Below, piece after piece: positions 10,607 to 21,142 of a stretch of DNA of 64,000 bases. How positions within the stretch are numbered: the first letter of the stretch is position 1; every line of letters starts with the position of its first letter. Position numbers and translations under genes: made by a program. The stretch comes from an uncultured Phycisphaerales bacterium (GTDB lineage: Bacteria; Planctomycetota; Phycisphaerae; Tepidisphaerales; Tepidisphaeraceae). Under the pieces are notes generated by a model, which had not been told where the DNA came from, searched no databases, and was given only the letters and a program-made list of their open reading frames with translations. The stretch spans positions 2,688,001 to 2,752,000 of the forward strand of contig CAVWLP010000002.1 in NCBI GenBank assembly GCA_963755915.1. The letters are read 5' to 3'.

Positions 10607-13193
10607 TTACTTCGCAGCCGCCATGAGCCGCTGGAGGGTTGGCTTGACCTGGTCTGCGGTGAGATTCATCGCGGCGATTTTGCCGGTGGGGTCGATGATG
10701 AAAATCGGGGCTTGGTTCTGATCGTTGATCGTGCTCCAGTTAAACGTCCCCTCGTCGATGAGGGACAAATAGCCGCTCGTCCAGCCCGGCGTGGAAATCA
10801 CCGGGGGCCGCCGCGGCGGAGCGTGGTAATCCAGCGACAGCAGCAGATCGAGATTGTCGCCGATCAACGCGACGCGGCGATCGCTCGCTAAACTGGGATC
10901 GAGATGAGCAAGGTTGGCGGACGTTTCGTCGAGACTGCCCCAAATCGTTTCCCAGAGCATCCAGACCACCCATCGGCCGGTGTAATCGCTGAGGCGGATG
11001 GGCGATCCATCGAGAGTCCGGCCAAGCTGCGGCGGCGCGGGATCGCCCACCTTGAGCGTCGGCGCGATTCCGGTTTTCAGCGGCGGGATCGCGAACGTCG
11101 TCTGCGCCGGCACGTCGAATTCCGCGGTCGCGAAGGCGTGCGGCTCGGCGTAGGAATAGACCGCCAATTCGTAATGTCCAGGTGAAACGCCGGGGATGCT
11201 GAAATCTCCTTTCGCTCCAAGGTTGACGCTGCACCCAAATATTCCGTTGCACGCCTGGGCGGCGGGCAGCCAGTCGGCGGGCCAGCTTGCCGCGGCGCCA
11301 CTGGGCATCCTCATCATGACGACACTCAATTCGAGAGGCGTGCTTGTCGGGGGGAATAATATCTGACCAGTGACTTTTGTCCCTTTGCTCAGGTCCAGGA
11401 CCGCAGTTTGGCCCGCGGCAACCTGGGCGATGAAATCCCACGCAGGGTATTTCGAATCGGGGGCCGTGTATTGCATGGACGCGAGCCCCTCGGGGTAGGT
11501 CGCTGGAATGCGGTCGAAAATCACGTCGCCGTCGCCTGAAGGGGGGGCTGAGTAATACCAGTTCGCATAGTTGTAGCGCGCGGTGGCATCGGCCGCCGGG
11601 CGCAGTCGCAAATCGGCGCTGTTCTGCGAGCCGATTCCCACCGGCGAACCGTGTACCCGCAAATGCGCCCAGGGCAGAAAGTTCAATTGCAGCGGTTGCG
11701 TGATTGGCCCGTTCAATTGCACCTCCACCGCGCCGGAATCATTCGCCGCACAAATCTCAAATGGGCCGGCCTCCGGACTGAATTTAAATTCCCCTTTTGC
11801 GTCCGTGGTCTGGGGATCGACTCGGTTGAACTGCCCGTTAAAAATATTGATCGCCGATCCCGGAATGATCACGGCGATGGGCACTTTCGAAACCGGATTT
11901 CCGCCGCTATCCACAAGCGTGCCCGTCAGATCGGGCGAGGGGTGAAGAGCGGCGTCGAACCTTACCGCGCCTTTCCCGTGAACTGCTTCGCTGATTGCGG
12001 GAAGATACCCATCCGCTTCAATTCGAACATACCATCCCAGCACCTCTCCGCCGAAGCCTCCGGCTTGCTGCCTGTAGTGGCCATTCTCAAACGCCACCGT
12101 GTTTTCGGCGAAGATCGGCCGCCCCCAGCCCGGCCACAGCGCCCCGCAGCGAACCTGGAATTTCGGAATCAGTTTCCCGGTGACGGCATCGGTCACGTCC
12201 CCGCTGAACTCGGGCAGCGGAAGAATCGTCACCGTCTGGTTTTCCACACCCGCCGTCAAATCCTGCTGCGGGTTCTCGAAACCGTCCTTGTCAAATTCGA
12301 ACGTCACCGGATCGGAAGGGGCGTCGGGCATCTCAAAATAGCCGTCGGCGTTCGTGGATCCGTGCCACTGATACATCTGCGTGGAGTGCCAAACCCACAC
12401 GCGCGCTTGCACCCGCGCCACCGGCTTACCGTCCCCGTCCACAACCCGCGCGCAAAGTCTGCCCAGGCGAGAGGCGAATTTTCAGCGGTGTTGAAGCCGT
12501 CTGCCGGCTGATTTTCTGGGTCTGGGGGGCCAAATGATGAGCCGTCACCAGCACCTGAGAGGCCAGGTCGGTCAGGTGGCGCAGGACGAAATGACCCTGG
12601 GCATCGGAAGTGGCGGTGGGGTCGGCGGAATCGCCTTCCCATCGCTTGGTCGAGACTTTCGCACCATCCACGGGCTGGCCGCTAAGGTCAACGACATCTC
12701 CCTCGATCGCGTACCCACTGGCCAGCATGAAGACTGCCGAATGATGAATCAGATCATCCATCCGCGGCTCCGACACCTCCAGCGGAATAAAATCCCGGCT
12801 GGTAAAACTGAGCTCCAGGCGCGATGCGCCCTGCGAAGGCAAGCCGCCATAGCTCCAAAATCCAGCGGCATTCGTGACGGCCCTGCCGCTTTTGCGCACG
12901 ATCCGCGATGCACCGGGCGACGCGGAGTTCGATTGCTGGAGCCACGAGATTGCCACGCGGACATTCGCGATGGGCTCCCCGCGTTCGTTGCGGACAACTC
13001 CGCCGATTCCGCTTTCCGACGGGGCCGTGGCGGGACCCGCCGGCGGCGCCGATGTCACGGGCGGCGAAGGGGGCGGCTGGGAATTGTCCCCTCCGAAAAA
13101 CATCCAGACCCCAACCCCCGCGAGCATTGCCATTACGACAACGATCACGATCAGCGGCACAACCCATCGCTTAGCGCCCGATGCATGCGGCAT
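10607..13193 (-). CDS. Membrane-anchored protein with carboxypeptidase-regulatory-like repeats and a C-terminal redoxin-like domain, frameshift near 12440
   Basis: Repeated G.V.D..G.P....V / TD..G.F modules; LKVGDPAP...TLDG..IRLSDYTGRWVV...IFIIDPTGKI; ORFs 12426-13193 and 10607-12442 join by one indel. Confidence 0.75.
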
Positions 13194-13296
13194 TTTGGCT
13201 CAATCATAACGGACGGACTCGCTGGAGAAATGTTGCGGGATTCTCCACGTCAAATGTGCAGAGCTTCCGCTTTGGTTATATTGGATTGCTCGACCC

Positions 13297-15330
13297 ATGA
13301 GCTCAGTTCTGGAATATCAGACCGATTCTCCTCCCGCGACCGGCGACTCGAGCCGGTGGAAGCTTTATGGGTTGCGGGTCTTGATTTGGGTCTTGATCCT
13401 GGCGGCTCTTTCGGTCTGCGCCGTGGAAGGCTGGAAACTTCGGCGATGGGTGTTCGACGCGTTCGACCCGGTGCGGTTCATTGGGGACATGCAGCGGGGC
13501 ACGTACTGGGGCCTGGTGGCGAGCGGGCCGGAGGGTTATCTCAATCAGTTCGACAAGATGGACCCCCAGGTGCCCGAATGGCAGGACGACCGGTGGGTGC
13601 CGTGGCTTGATTACAATCCGCTGCGGCTTGGGGTGATGTACGAGTGGGGGCGATGGCAGTGGAAGAATGCGCCGCCGGATTCGGGGGTGGCGAGTCTGGA
13701 CGCCTGGCAGCACCCCTACGCGTTTAACTGGCCGGTTCTGACTTTCAATGCGGTGCTGGAGAGCGTTTCGGCGATTTTCGCGTTCCTGCTGACGCATCAT
13801 TGGGTGAGGCGGGGGACGACGGTGGGGCAGCGCAAACATTTTACGGGTGTGTGGCAGGGGGCCGCGGCGGGGCTGTTTATCTGGTTCAGCCCGGACATCA
13901 TCGTCAACGCGCACGGGTGGGTGCAGTGGGACACGTGGGTGGTGCCGTGGTATCTGGGGGCCTGTTTTCTGGCGAGCATCGACTGGTGGTTTTTGGCGGG
14001 GGTGATGATTGCCATCGGAATTAATTTCAAGGGGCAGATGTTTCCTATTTCGCCGATCTTTATCATCTGGCCGCTGGTGCAGGGGCGGGTTGGGGCGGCA
14101 GCGCGATGGGTTTGTGGGGCGGCATTCTGTTATTCGCTGATCGTTTCCGGGTGGATGCTGAGCTATATCCCGCCCGATCTTCTGGCGAAAGCGCGGGCGG
14201 TGCAGGACACGATGGCGGTTTCGGATTATTCGCCGACTCTTTTTGCGATTCCGCGAACATTTGATGTGCCGGCGGCGGTTTGGATATTCGAGATGCTCCT
14301 GGTGGTTTTGACGGTGCCGTGGCTTTTGCGGGTGCTGATGCCGCAGGGGTCGGAAGCGGATTCGTCCAAGCCAGGGTGGAAGCGCGTGGCGAAATCGCCG
14401 GGGCTTTGGATTGCGGCAGCGGCGGTGATCATCAGCGCGACAGTTTTCTGGCCGTGGCTGATTCCGCAAAACCGGGGAAGCTGGTATTTCGGCCCGGTTG
14501 CGGCGCGGGGGTGGCGGCGGCGGCGCTGAGCCTTCCGCGCCGGGCAACGCCCTATTTTCTGGCGGCGATTGCGGCCGGGGGATTGTTCGGGTGCATGGGG
14601 CTATTTCACGGCGGAACGGGGTGGTGGGATTGCGGCGTCCGCTACGGCAGCATTCATTGGCCATATCTCACCACCGGCCCGACCAGCAACATCCCCGGCC
14701 TTTTTCAGTACCGGTTCAATTGGCCGCGCGAGGTTGATGAAATCGCCTTTACGCTGCCGGCGGTGGGACAACATTGGTCCTCTTTTTTTGTCAGCCGAGG
14801 CTGGTGGCCGGCGTTTGGATTGGATGTCACCGAGAAAATGCTCTTCAACTCGATCTTCATCGTCACGCTGATCGCCAGCGGGATCGGCCTAGGGATTCAG
14901 ACCCGGCGGAACGATCGTCGGGCGCTGATTGCCTTCGTCACGCCGTGGATCATGATGTTTCTCTGGGCCGTGCAGATGCAGGAGCGATATCTGCTTTACG
15001 GTGCGGCCGCTGCGGCGTGCTGCATTGGGGAAAGCTTTGGCATGGCGCTGCTCGGTTTCATGCTGACCGGCTTCAGCCTCATGATGACGAGTGTCGATCT
15101 GGTGGATGCCGGATGGTCCAACCCTGACCTGCTGGGCCAGAACCTTTCGAATGCGGTGCCGTGGCTTTTGTCGCCGGACTGCGCAAACGTGGCGGCAATT
15201 CGTCGACAATTCCCACCCCGACGCCGCTTGGGCAATCCTCGTGGTCGGCCTGGTCTTCCTTTACCTTTCGCTGACGCCGTCGCGGCGGTGGCGGGCACGA
15301 AATATTAAGCTTTCGGCTGCTGCTGACTGA
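13297..15330 (+). CDS. Polytopic membrane protein, GT-C-like (mannosyltransferase-like), frameshifts near 14505 and 15190
   Basis: DYNP loop, GWVQWD, K.Q motif, MQERYL motif, many TM helices over three consecutive ORFs. Confidence 0.6.
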
Positions 15331-16361
15331 GACAGTGGATGGCGCCGAGGCCCCAGATCAACTCGACGCAATCGATTCCGATGACTTTTCGATCGGGCAG
15401 GTGTTGCTGGAGAATATCTATTGCCCGCCGATCGTTTTTCCGGTCGCGAAAGGTGGGCACCAGGAGGGCGCCGTTGACGAAATAGAAGTTGACGTAGGTC
15501 GCGGGGAGCCGCTGATTGTCATAAACGATCGGGTGGGGCATCGGGATTTCTACGATCTCAAACAGTTTTCCCGATTGATCCGTTAGACTTTCGAGTTGCT
15601 TGCGGGCGTCGCGTAGGACCGCAAAATTCTCGTCCTTGCGATCCTCTTCGATGGCGATGACGATTTTGCGCGGGGTGATGAAGCGCCAGGTCGTCGACGT
15701 GCCCATCGGTGTCGTCGCCGGCGATTCCGCCAGTTAGCCAGCAGACTTTTTTCTGGCCGTAATAATCTTTCAGATACTTCTCGATCTGCGATTTGCTGAG
15801 CTTTGGGTTGCGATTTTTATTCAGCAGGCAATCGGTGGTTGTCAGCACGGTGCCGGCGCCGTTGAAATCGACCGCACCTCCCTCCATGACGATGTTGGGA
15901 TAGAAGACGGGGAGCCGAAGCTGCTCGGCAATTCGCGTGGGCACGGCGTCGTCGTCATCGTAAGGGGGATACTTTCCGCCCCAGGCGTTGAATTTCCAAT
16001 CGACGATCGCCAGCGACCGGCCTTTTTTCACGAAAGCCGGTCCATGATCGCGGCACCAGCTTTCGTTGGTTTTGATGTGGTAGAAGTGAATGTTGCGAAG
16101 GGGGCAGCCGTGGGATTTGAGCTGCTCCTGGACGATCCGCTGGTAGTTGCCGTTGGGGACATTGATGCAGACTTTTTCCCGCGGCGCGATTTCGGCGAAA
16201 ATCCTGGCCAGGTTTTCCGGGACGGTGTGATATTTGTCGGGGAAGGAGATTCCCTCGGGGCGCGGCCAGCTAAACCAGGTCGCCTCGTGGGTGGCCCATT
16301 CCGGCGGAAAGACATATCCCAGCGCCGCTGGGGATTGCTTCAAAATCTTGAGGTTACCCAT
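15305..16361 (-). CDS. aguA: Agmatine deiminase, frameshift near 15690
   Basis: PPEW..H, WCRDHGP, FNAWGGKY, EGGA, DDTDGHVD, then ATYVNF and GLGAIHCLSQQQP. Confidence 0.93.
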
Positions 16362-16364
16362 AAT

Positions 16365-17603
16365 CTAAGATGCTTTTCGCCGTCGCCGACTCTTGGATTT
16401 AGTCGACAGCCGTTCGATTCGCGTTATGTAGTTCAGCGGAAACGTGTCATAACTTTTCGCGACTGATTTTCCTGGCGTCTTCCCGATAAACACCAGGAGA
16501 CGATCGCCCAAAAACCGCGTCTCATCGGGATAATGTATGTCGAACTTCTTTCCATTTCGAACGTGAATACGCAATGGAGCGAACGGCAGTCGATTTAATT
16601 CCGCGGTAAGTTCTTCCTTTATTGAGCTTCCAAATGTTTGGCGTTTTGAGGTGCTGTCGCTTGACAATTCAGATGGGCCCTCTACAAACCGCTTCGTCAT
16701 ATCCCCATACGCATCAATTCTCCGATCGCGCAGGAACGGCCAGTGCGTGCGGCTGAACTCCACCTTCTCCAGATCGCAATCCGCGATGAGAACCGCTTCT
16801 TTGTCGACGGGTGCCTTGGCGATCACCTGGCCATTGGGCGCGGCCACGAACGATTGGCCCCAGAATTCGATGCCATCCTCGCTGACGGGTTTGCCGGATG
16901 CATCGAGGATTTTTTCGACGCCGATGCGGTTGGGCGAGCAGACGAAACATCCGTTGGCCACGGCATGGCTGCGCTGGATCAGCTCCCAGCTTTCGTGCTG
17001 GGCTTTGCCGTATTCCTTCTTTTCGCCCGGATGCCAGCCGATGGCGGTGGGGTAGAACAGAATCTGTGCGCCCTGGAGTGCGGTGAGGCGGGCGCCTTCG
17101 GGGAACCACTGGTCCCAGCAGATCAAAACGCCGATGCGGGCGTGTTTGGTCTGGAAGGAGCGGAATCCGGTATCGCCCGGCGTGAAATAGAATTTCTCGT
17201 AATAAAGCGGGTCGTCGGGGATGTGCATCTTGCGGTAGATGCCGAGGATCGATCCGTCGGTGTCGATGACCGCGGCGGTGTTGTGGTAGACGCCGGCGGC
17301 GCGGCGCTCGAAGAGGGAGGCGATGATGACGATCCGGTGTTTTCGCGCCAGTTTCCCCAGGGCGTCGGTGCTGGGGCCGGGGATTGTTTCCGCGAGCTTG
17401 AAAAAGCGGTGGTCTTCGAGCTGGCAGAAGTATTGGGAGCGGAAAAGCTCCTGCGTGCAGACGATTTGTGTGCCCTCTGAAGCCGCGCGGGTTACCAGGC
17501 GAAGCTGGTTCGACAGGTTTTTCTTTGAATCGGTGCTGCACGCCATCTGCGTCAGGGCGACTTTTACGATCGAATTGCTGATTTTCTGTCCGTTTCGTTT
17601 CAT
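16365..17603 (-). CDS. aguB: N-carbamoylputrescine amidase-like carbon-nitrogen hydrolase with ~105-aa C-terminal extension
   Basis: TQELF, YRKMHIPDDPLYYEKFYFTPGD, ICWDQWFPE, YPTAIGW, WPFLRDRR; adjacent to aguA. Confidence 0.88.
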   Translation of the reverse strand: MKRNGQKISNSIVKVALTQMACSTDSKKNLSNQLRLVTRAASEGTQIVCTQELFRSQYFCQLEDHRFFKLAETIPGPSTDALGKLARKHRIVIIASLFERRAAGVYHNTAAVIDTDGSILGIYRKMHIPDDPLYYEKFYFTPGDTGFRSFQTKHARIGVLICWDQWFPEGARLTALQGAQILFYPTAIGWHPGEKKEYGKAQHESWELIQRSHAVANGCFVCSPNRIGVEKILDASGKPVSEDGIEFWGQSFVAAPNGQVIAKAPVDKEAVLIADCDLEKVEFSRTHWPFLRDRRIDAYGDMTKRFVEGPSELSSDSTSKRQTFGSSIKEELTAELNRLPFAPLRIHVRNGKKFDIHYPDETRFLGDRLLVFIGKTPGKSVAKSYDTFPLNYITRIERLSTKSKSRRRRKAS

Positions 17604-17737
17604 TGTGGTCGCATTCTCGCCATTGTGTAGGCAATTGAAAATAGGCGCAGGAAACGCGCGTTGCCCGTTGGCCTTCGCTGAAATAGTATTCACCCTGTCA
17701 GGATAGATCGAATCGCCATAATGACAGGAGCAAGGCA

Positions 17738-18889
17738 ATGATGTTTCCAACGGCGCGGCGGCTGGTGGCGGTGATCGTCGTTCTGGTGTGCGGATTTGGC
17801 GTTGCAGCCGTCAGGGCCGATCCGATCGAAGAGAGATTGTTTGGCCAGACGGAAGAAGGATGGCCGGTCGAGCAGTATATCCTCACCAATAAAAACGGCG
17901 CGTCCGTGCGGGTCATCAACTATGGGGCGATCGTCACCAACCTCTTTGTGCCCGGACGCAACGGAAACATGGACGACGTGGTGCTGGGTTTTGACGACGT
18001 CAAGCAATACCAGGAAAGCGGGCCGGCGCTGGGGTGCATCCCCGGGCGTTATGCCAATCGCATCGCCAACGGCACGTTCACGATCGACGGCAATACTTAT
18101 TTTGTCACGCTCAATTCGGGAATGAACACCCTGCACGGCGGCTTCAAGGGCCTGGCGAAGCGAATGTGGGATGCCGATACCGGCGTGGCCGCCGATGGGC
18201 CGACAGTGCGGCTGAAAATCGTCGATCCTGACGGCGAAGAGGGATTTCCCGGCACCTTGACCGTGACGGTGCTTTATACGCTGACCAACGACAATACGTT
18301 GAAGGTGCAGTATTACGCGACGACGACCAAACCCACGCCGATTAACCTCACGCATCACAGCTATTTCAATTTGCACGGGAACGGGCGCGGGGATGTCCTG
18401 GGATATGTGGCGAAAATTTTCGCGTCGCATTACCTGCCGGTGACGGATGACGAGATCCCGACCGGGCAGATTGCTCCGGTGGCGGGGACGCCGTTTGATT
18501 TCACCAAGGCGAAGCCGATTGGGGCGGACGTTAAATCGCTGCCGCCGCCCTTCACGGGCTATGACCACACGATGGTTCTGGACAACCCGGACGGGAAGCT
18601 GAAGGAGGCGGCGGAAGTTTATGATCCGGATTCGGGCCGGTTGCTGGATTGCTGGACGACGGAGCCGGCGGTGCATTTCTTTATCGGCAACAATCTTGGC
18701 GGCCTGGTGGGGAAGGATGGGGCCACTTACTTCCCGCACGAGGCGTTCTGCCTGGAGTGCCAGCATTATCCGGATTCGCCCAATGAGCCCAGTTTTCCCA
18801 ATACGATTTTGCGGCCGGGGCATGTTTATCGGCAAGTGACCGAGTTCCGGTTCACGGTGCCGACGAACCCGCTGAAGGTGGGGCAGTGA
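17738..18889 (+). CDS. galM: Secreted aldose 1-epimerase (mutarotase)
   Basis: GRYANRI, LHGG, NLTHHSYFNL, YDH, FCLECQHYPDSPN; N-terminal signal peptide. Confidence 0.92.
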   Translation: MMFPTARRLVAVIVVLVCGFGVAAVRADPIEERLFGQTEEGWPVEQYILTNKNGASVRVINYGAIVTNLFVPGRNGNMDDVVLGFDDVKQYQESGPALGCIPGRYANRIANGTFTIDGNTYFVTLNSGMNTLHGGFKGLAKRMWDADTGVAADGPTVRLKIVDPDGEEGFPGTLTVTVLYTLTNDNTLKVQYYATTTKPTPINLTHHSYFNLHGNGRGDVLGYVAKIFASHYLPVTDDEIPTGQIAPVAGTPFDFTKAKPIGADVKSLPPPFTGYDHTMVLDNPDGKLKEAAEVYDPDSGRLLDCWTTEPAVHFFIGNNLGGLVGKDGATYFPHEAFCLECQHYPDSPNEPSFPNTILRPGHVYRQVTEFRFTVPTNPLKVGQ

Positions 18890-18890
18890 T

Positions 18891-19754
18891 ATGAACGGGT
18901 TGTTGAATCGGCTGGTGCTCGTGCTGGTGATCCTTGGCGCGGCGACCTTCGGCCTCGCGCAGACGGCGCCTTCTTATCCGCAGATCGGCGCGGGGAAGGT
19001 GGTCGGGCTCGATTATTACTTTAACCACCAGGTCAAGAACGGGGAGCAGTTTCACTATATCTGGGATGATACGAAGCTGTCGGGGTACTCGAAGTTTGGG
19101 GATGTGTGGAAGCAGTATGGGGCGACGCTGGCATCGCTGAAGACGGAGCCGACCAGGAAGGATTTGGCGCAGTATTCAATTTTTATCATCGTCAATCCGA
19201 GCACGGTGAAGAACGCGGCGGATCATCAGCCGAATTTTATGACGCAGGGGGATGCGGATGTGATTGCGCAGTGGGTGAACGATGGGGGTGTGCTTTGTCT
19301 ATTTGCCAATGATGTGAACAACTGCGAGTTCGAGCATTTCAATTTGCTGCCGGAGAAGTTTGGGATCAAGTTTAACGCGGATTTGCGGAACACGGTGCCG
19401 ACGCATATGGACATGGCTCGGGGGACGTTCGCGGATTTGCCGGATGTGCCGCTGTTTAAGGGGGTGCGGGGGATGTATGTGAAGGAGATTTCGACGATCA
19501 CGGTGAGCGATCCGGCGCAGCCGCTGCTGGTTGCGTCGAAGCAGGATGGGGCGAGCGGAACGGATGTCATTATTGCGACGGCGCATTATGGGAAGGGGTT
19601 TGTGTTCGCGGTCGGGGATCCGTGGTTTTACAACGAATATATTGATGCGAAGGCGCCGGCGGCGCTGAATCTGCCGCTGGATAATCGATTGGCGGCGAAT
19701 AATTTCTGCCAGTGGATTTTGGGGATGGCGGGGATGCCGATGGGGAGTCCGTAA
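18891..19754 (+). CDS. Exported DUF4350-like (glutamine-amidotransferase-like fold) protein
   Basis: Signal peptide, LDYYFN..FHYIWDD, GKGFVFAVGDPWFYNEY. Confidence 0.7.
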   Translation: MNGLLNRLVLVLVILGAATFGLAQTAPSYPQIGAGKVVGLDYYFNHQVKNGEQFHYIWDDTKLSGYSKFGDVWKQYGATLASLKTEPTRKDLAQYSIFIIVNPSTVKNAADHQPNFMTQGDADVIAQWVNDGGVLCLFANDVNNCEFEHFNLLPEKFGIKFNADLRNTVPTHMDMARGTFADLPDVPLFKGVRGMYVKEISTITVSDPAQPLLVASKQDGASGTDVIIATAHYGKGFVFAVGDPWFYNEYIDAKAPAALNLPLDNRLAANNFCQWILGMAGMPMGSP

Positions 19755-19868
19755 GAAAAAATCTGAACCCTTTAATTCGGATTGTTCACCGCGTAGCGCT
19801 CACGGTCTTGCAGGCAGCCGGCTGGACTTCCGGCGCCACAAAACCTACGTTGATGGTGGAGGTTCGCC

Positions 19869-20378
19869 ATGGGCTCTGAATCGATAGCTCGAGTGTCGGC
19901 CGGGGCCCAGCAACCCCATCTTGTCCGCACCGGAGAAAGCCTGACCGGCGGGCCGATACGCTTTGTCGGCAAAGAAACTTTTGTGAAACTGGCGGCCGGA
20001 ACAGGTCCCGCTCCTATCAGTCTCCTCGAAGACGTGAGCCCGCCTCACCACGGCCCTCCGCTCCACAAGCACGACTTTGAGGAGTTTTTCTATATTTTGA
20101 GCGGAGAATACCTGTTTGAAGTTGACGGGAAACAATTCCAGGCCCGGCCCGGCGACTTTGCCCACGCGCCATCGAATGTTCCGCACGTCTTCCAGAATAT
20201 CACCGACCAGGAGGCAAAGATGCTGGTCGTGGCGCGGCCAGGCGGCATTGAGAACTACTTTGTCGAACTGGCCGAGCGTGCGATGGCCGATCCGGGCAAT
20301 GTTGCCGCGCTGAACGCAATCGCTCCCCGCTACGGCATCACCATCCTGGGTCCGCCCATGGCGGCACGCCCCAAGTGA
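19869..20378 (+). CDS. Cupin domain protein
   Basis: GPPLHKH..EEFFYILSG, PGD...PSNVPHVF; GGAGG RBS. Confidence 0.88.
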   Translation: MGSESIARVSAGAQQPHLVRTGESLTGGPIRFVGKETFVKLAAGTGPAPISLLEDVSPPHHGPPLHKHDFEEFFYILSGEYLFEVDGKQFQARPGDFAHAPSNVPHVFQNITDQEAKMLVVARPGGIENYFVELAERAMADPGNVAALNAIAPRYGITILGPPMAARPK

Positions 20379-20443
20379 CGAATTTCCCGCAAGGGGTCGC
20401 AGTTTCGATGACACGATCTCCATCCGTACCAGCGCGCGGCGAG

Positions 20444-20968
20444 TCAGCTTGAGATAATGTTGTTTGCGGGCGGGATCGCGCCGCATTCGGGGCAGCGGTA
20501 GGGGGTGGCGCGGAGGTCGTAGCCGCAGGAGGGGCATGAGCCGGGGTTGGGGGCGAGGCGTTTGCGGAGGATGAGGGAGCTAAATGCGATGGCGGCGGTG
20601 AGGAAGCAAATGGCCCAGTTGGCGATTTGGATTCTATTGAAGGATGCGACGGGTCCCGGTTGTCGATAGGTGTCGAAGAGACGTGAGAAGAACCACTTGC
20701 GGTCTGCGGGGTAGGTGGTGAGGCGCCAGCCCCAGGGGCCGCGATTCTGTTTCAACATGGCCCATTGATGAATCCAGACTAGATACACACTGCCGTTGCC
20801 AATGCTCGCCTCAAAAGCGTTTCCGCTGGTTGCGGTTTGCTGGTTGTACCAGAGTCCGTGTGACTTGGACTGTACGCTGGTGATCGGCCACATGACGGCG
20901 ACGAGGGCGAAGAGGAGGATGGAAAGGATTCCTGCGACGTTGAGGATGCGTTGGCGAAAACGGTTCAC
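20444..20968 (-). CDS. Membrane protein with C-terminal zinc ribbon
   Basis: Two TM helices and CPSCGYDLRATPYRCPECG; GTG start at 20968 is tentative. Confidence 0.75.
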   Translation of the reverse strand: MNRFRQRILNVAGILSILLFALVAVMWPITSVQSKSHGLWYNQQTATSGNAFEASIGNGSVYLVWIHQWAMLKQNRGPWGWRLTTYPADRKWFFSRLFDTYRQPGPVASFNRIQIANWAICFLTAAIAFSSLILRKRLAPNPGSCPSCGYDLRATPYRCPECGAIPPANNIISS

Positions 20969-21142
20969 ATGGACATTGTATTGCGATTCGGTCGACCGGC
21001 TTGCCGCAAACACGGCCGCAAATGTTACATCCCCCATCCGTTTCGGACCATAAAACCCGCGCGCACCTCACAACCTCTTGGCCTCACGAAGCTTACAGTG
21101 AGAGCGATTAGTTAGTGTGTACTTACCATTTTTCTTAAAACG

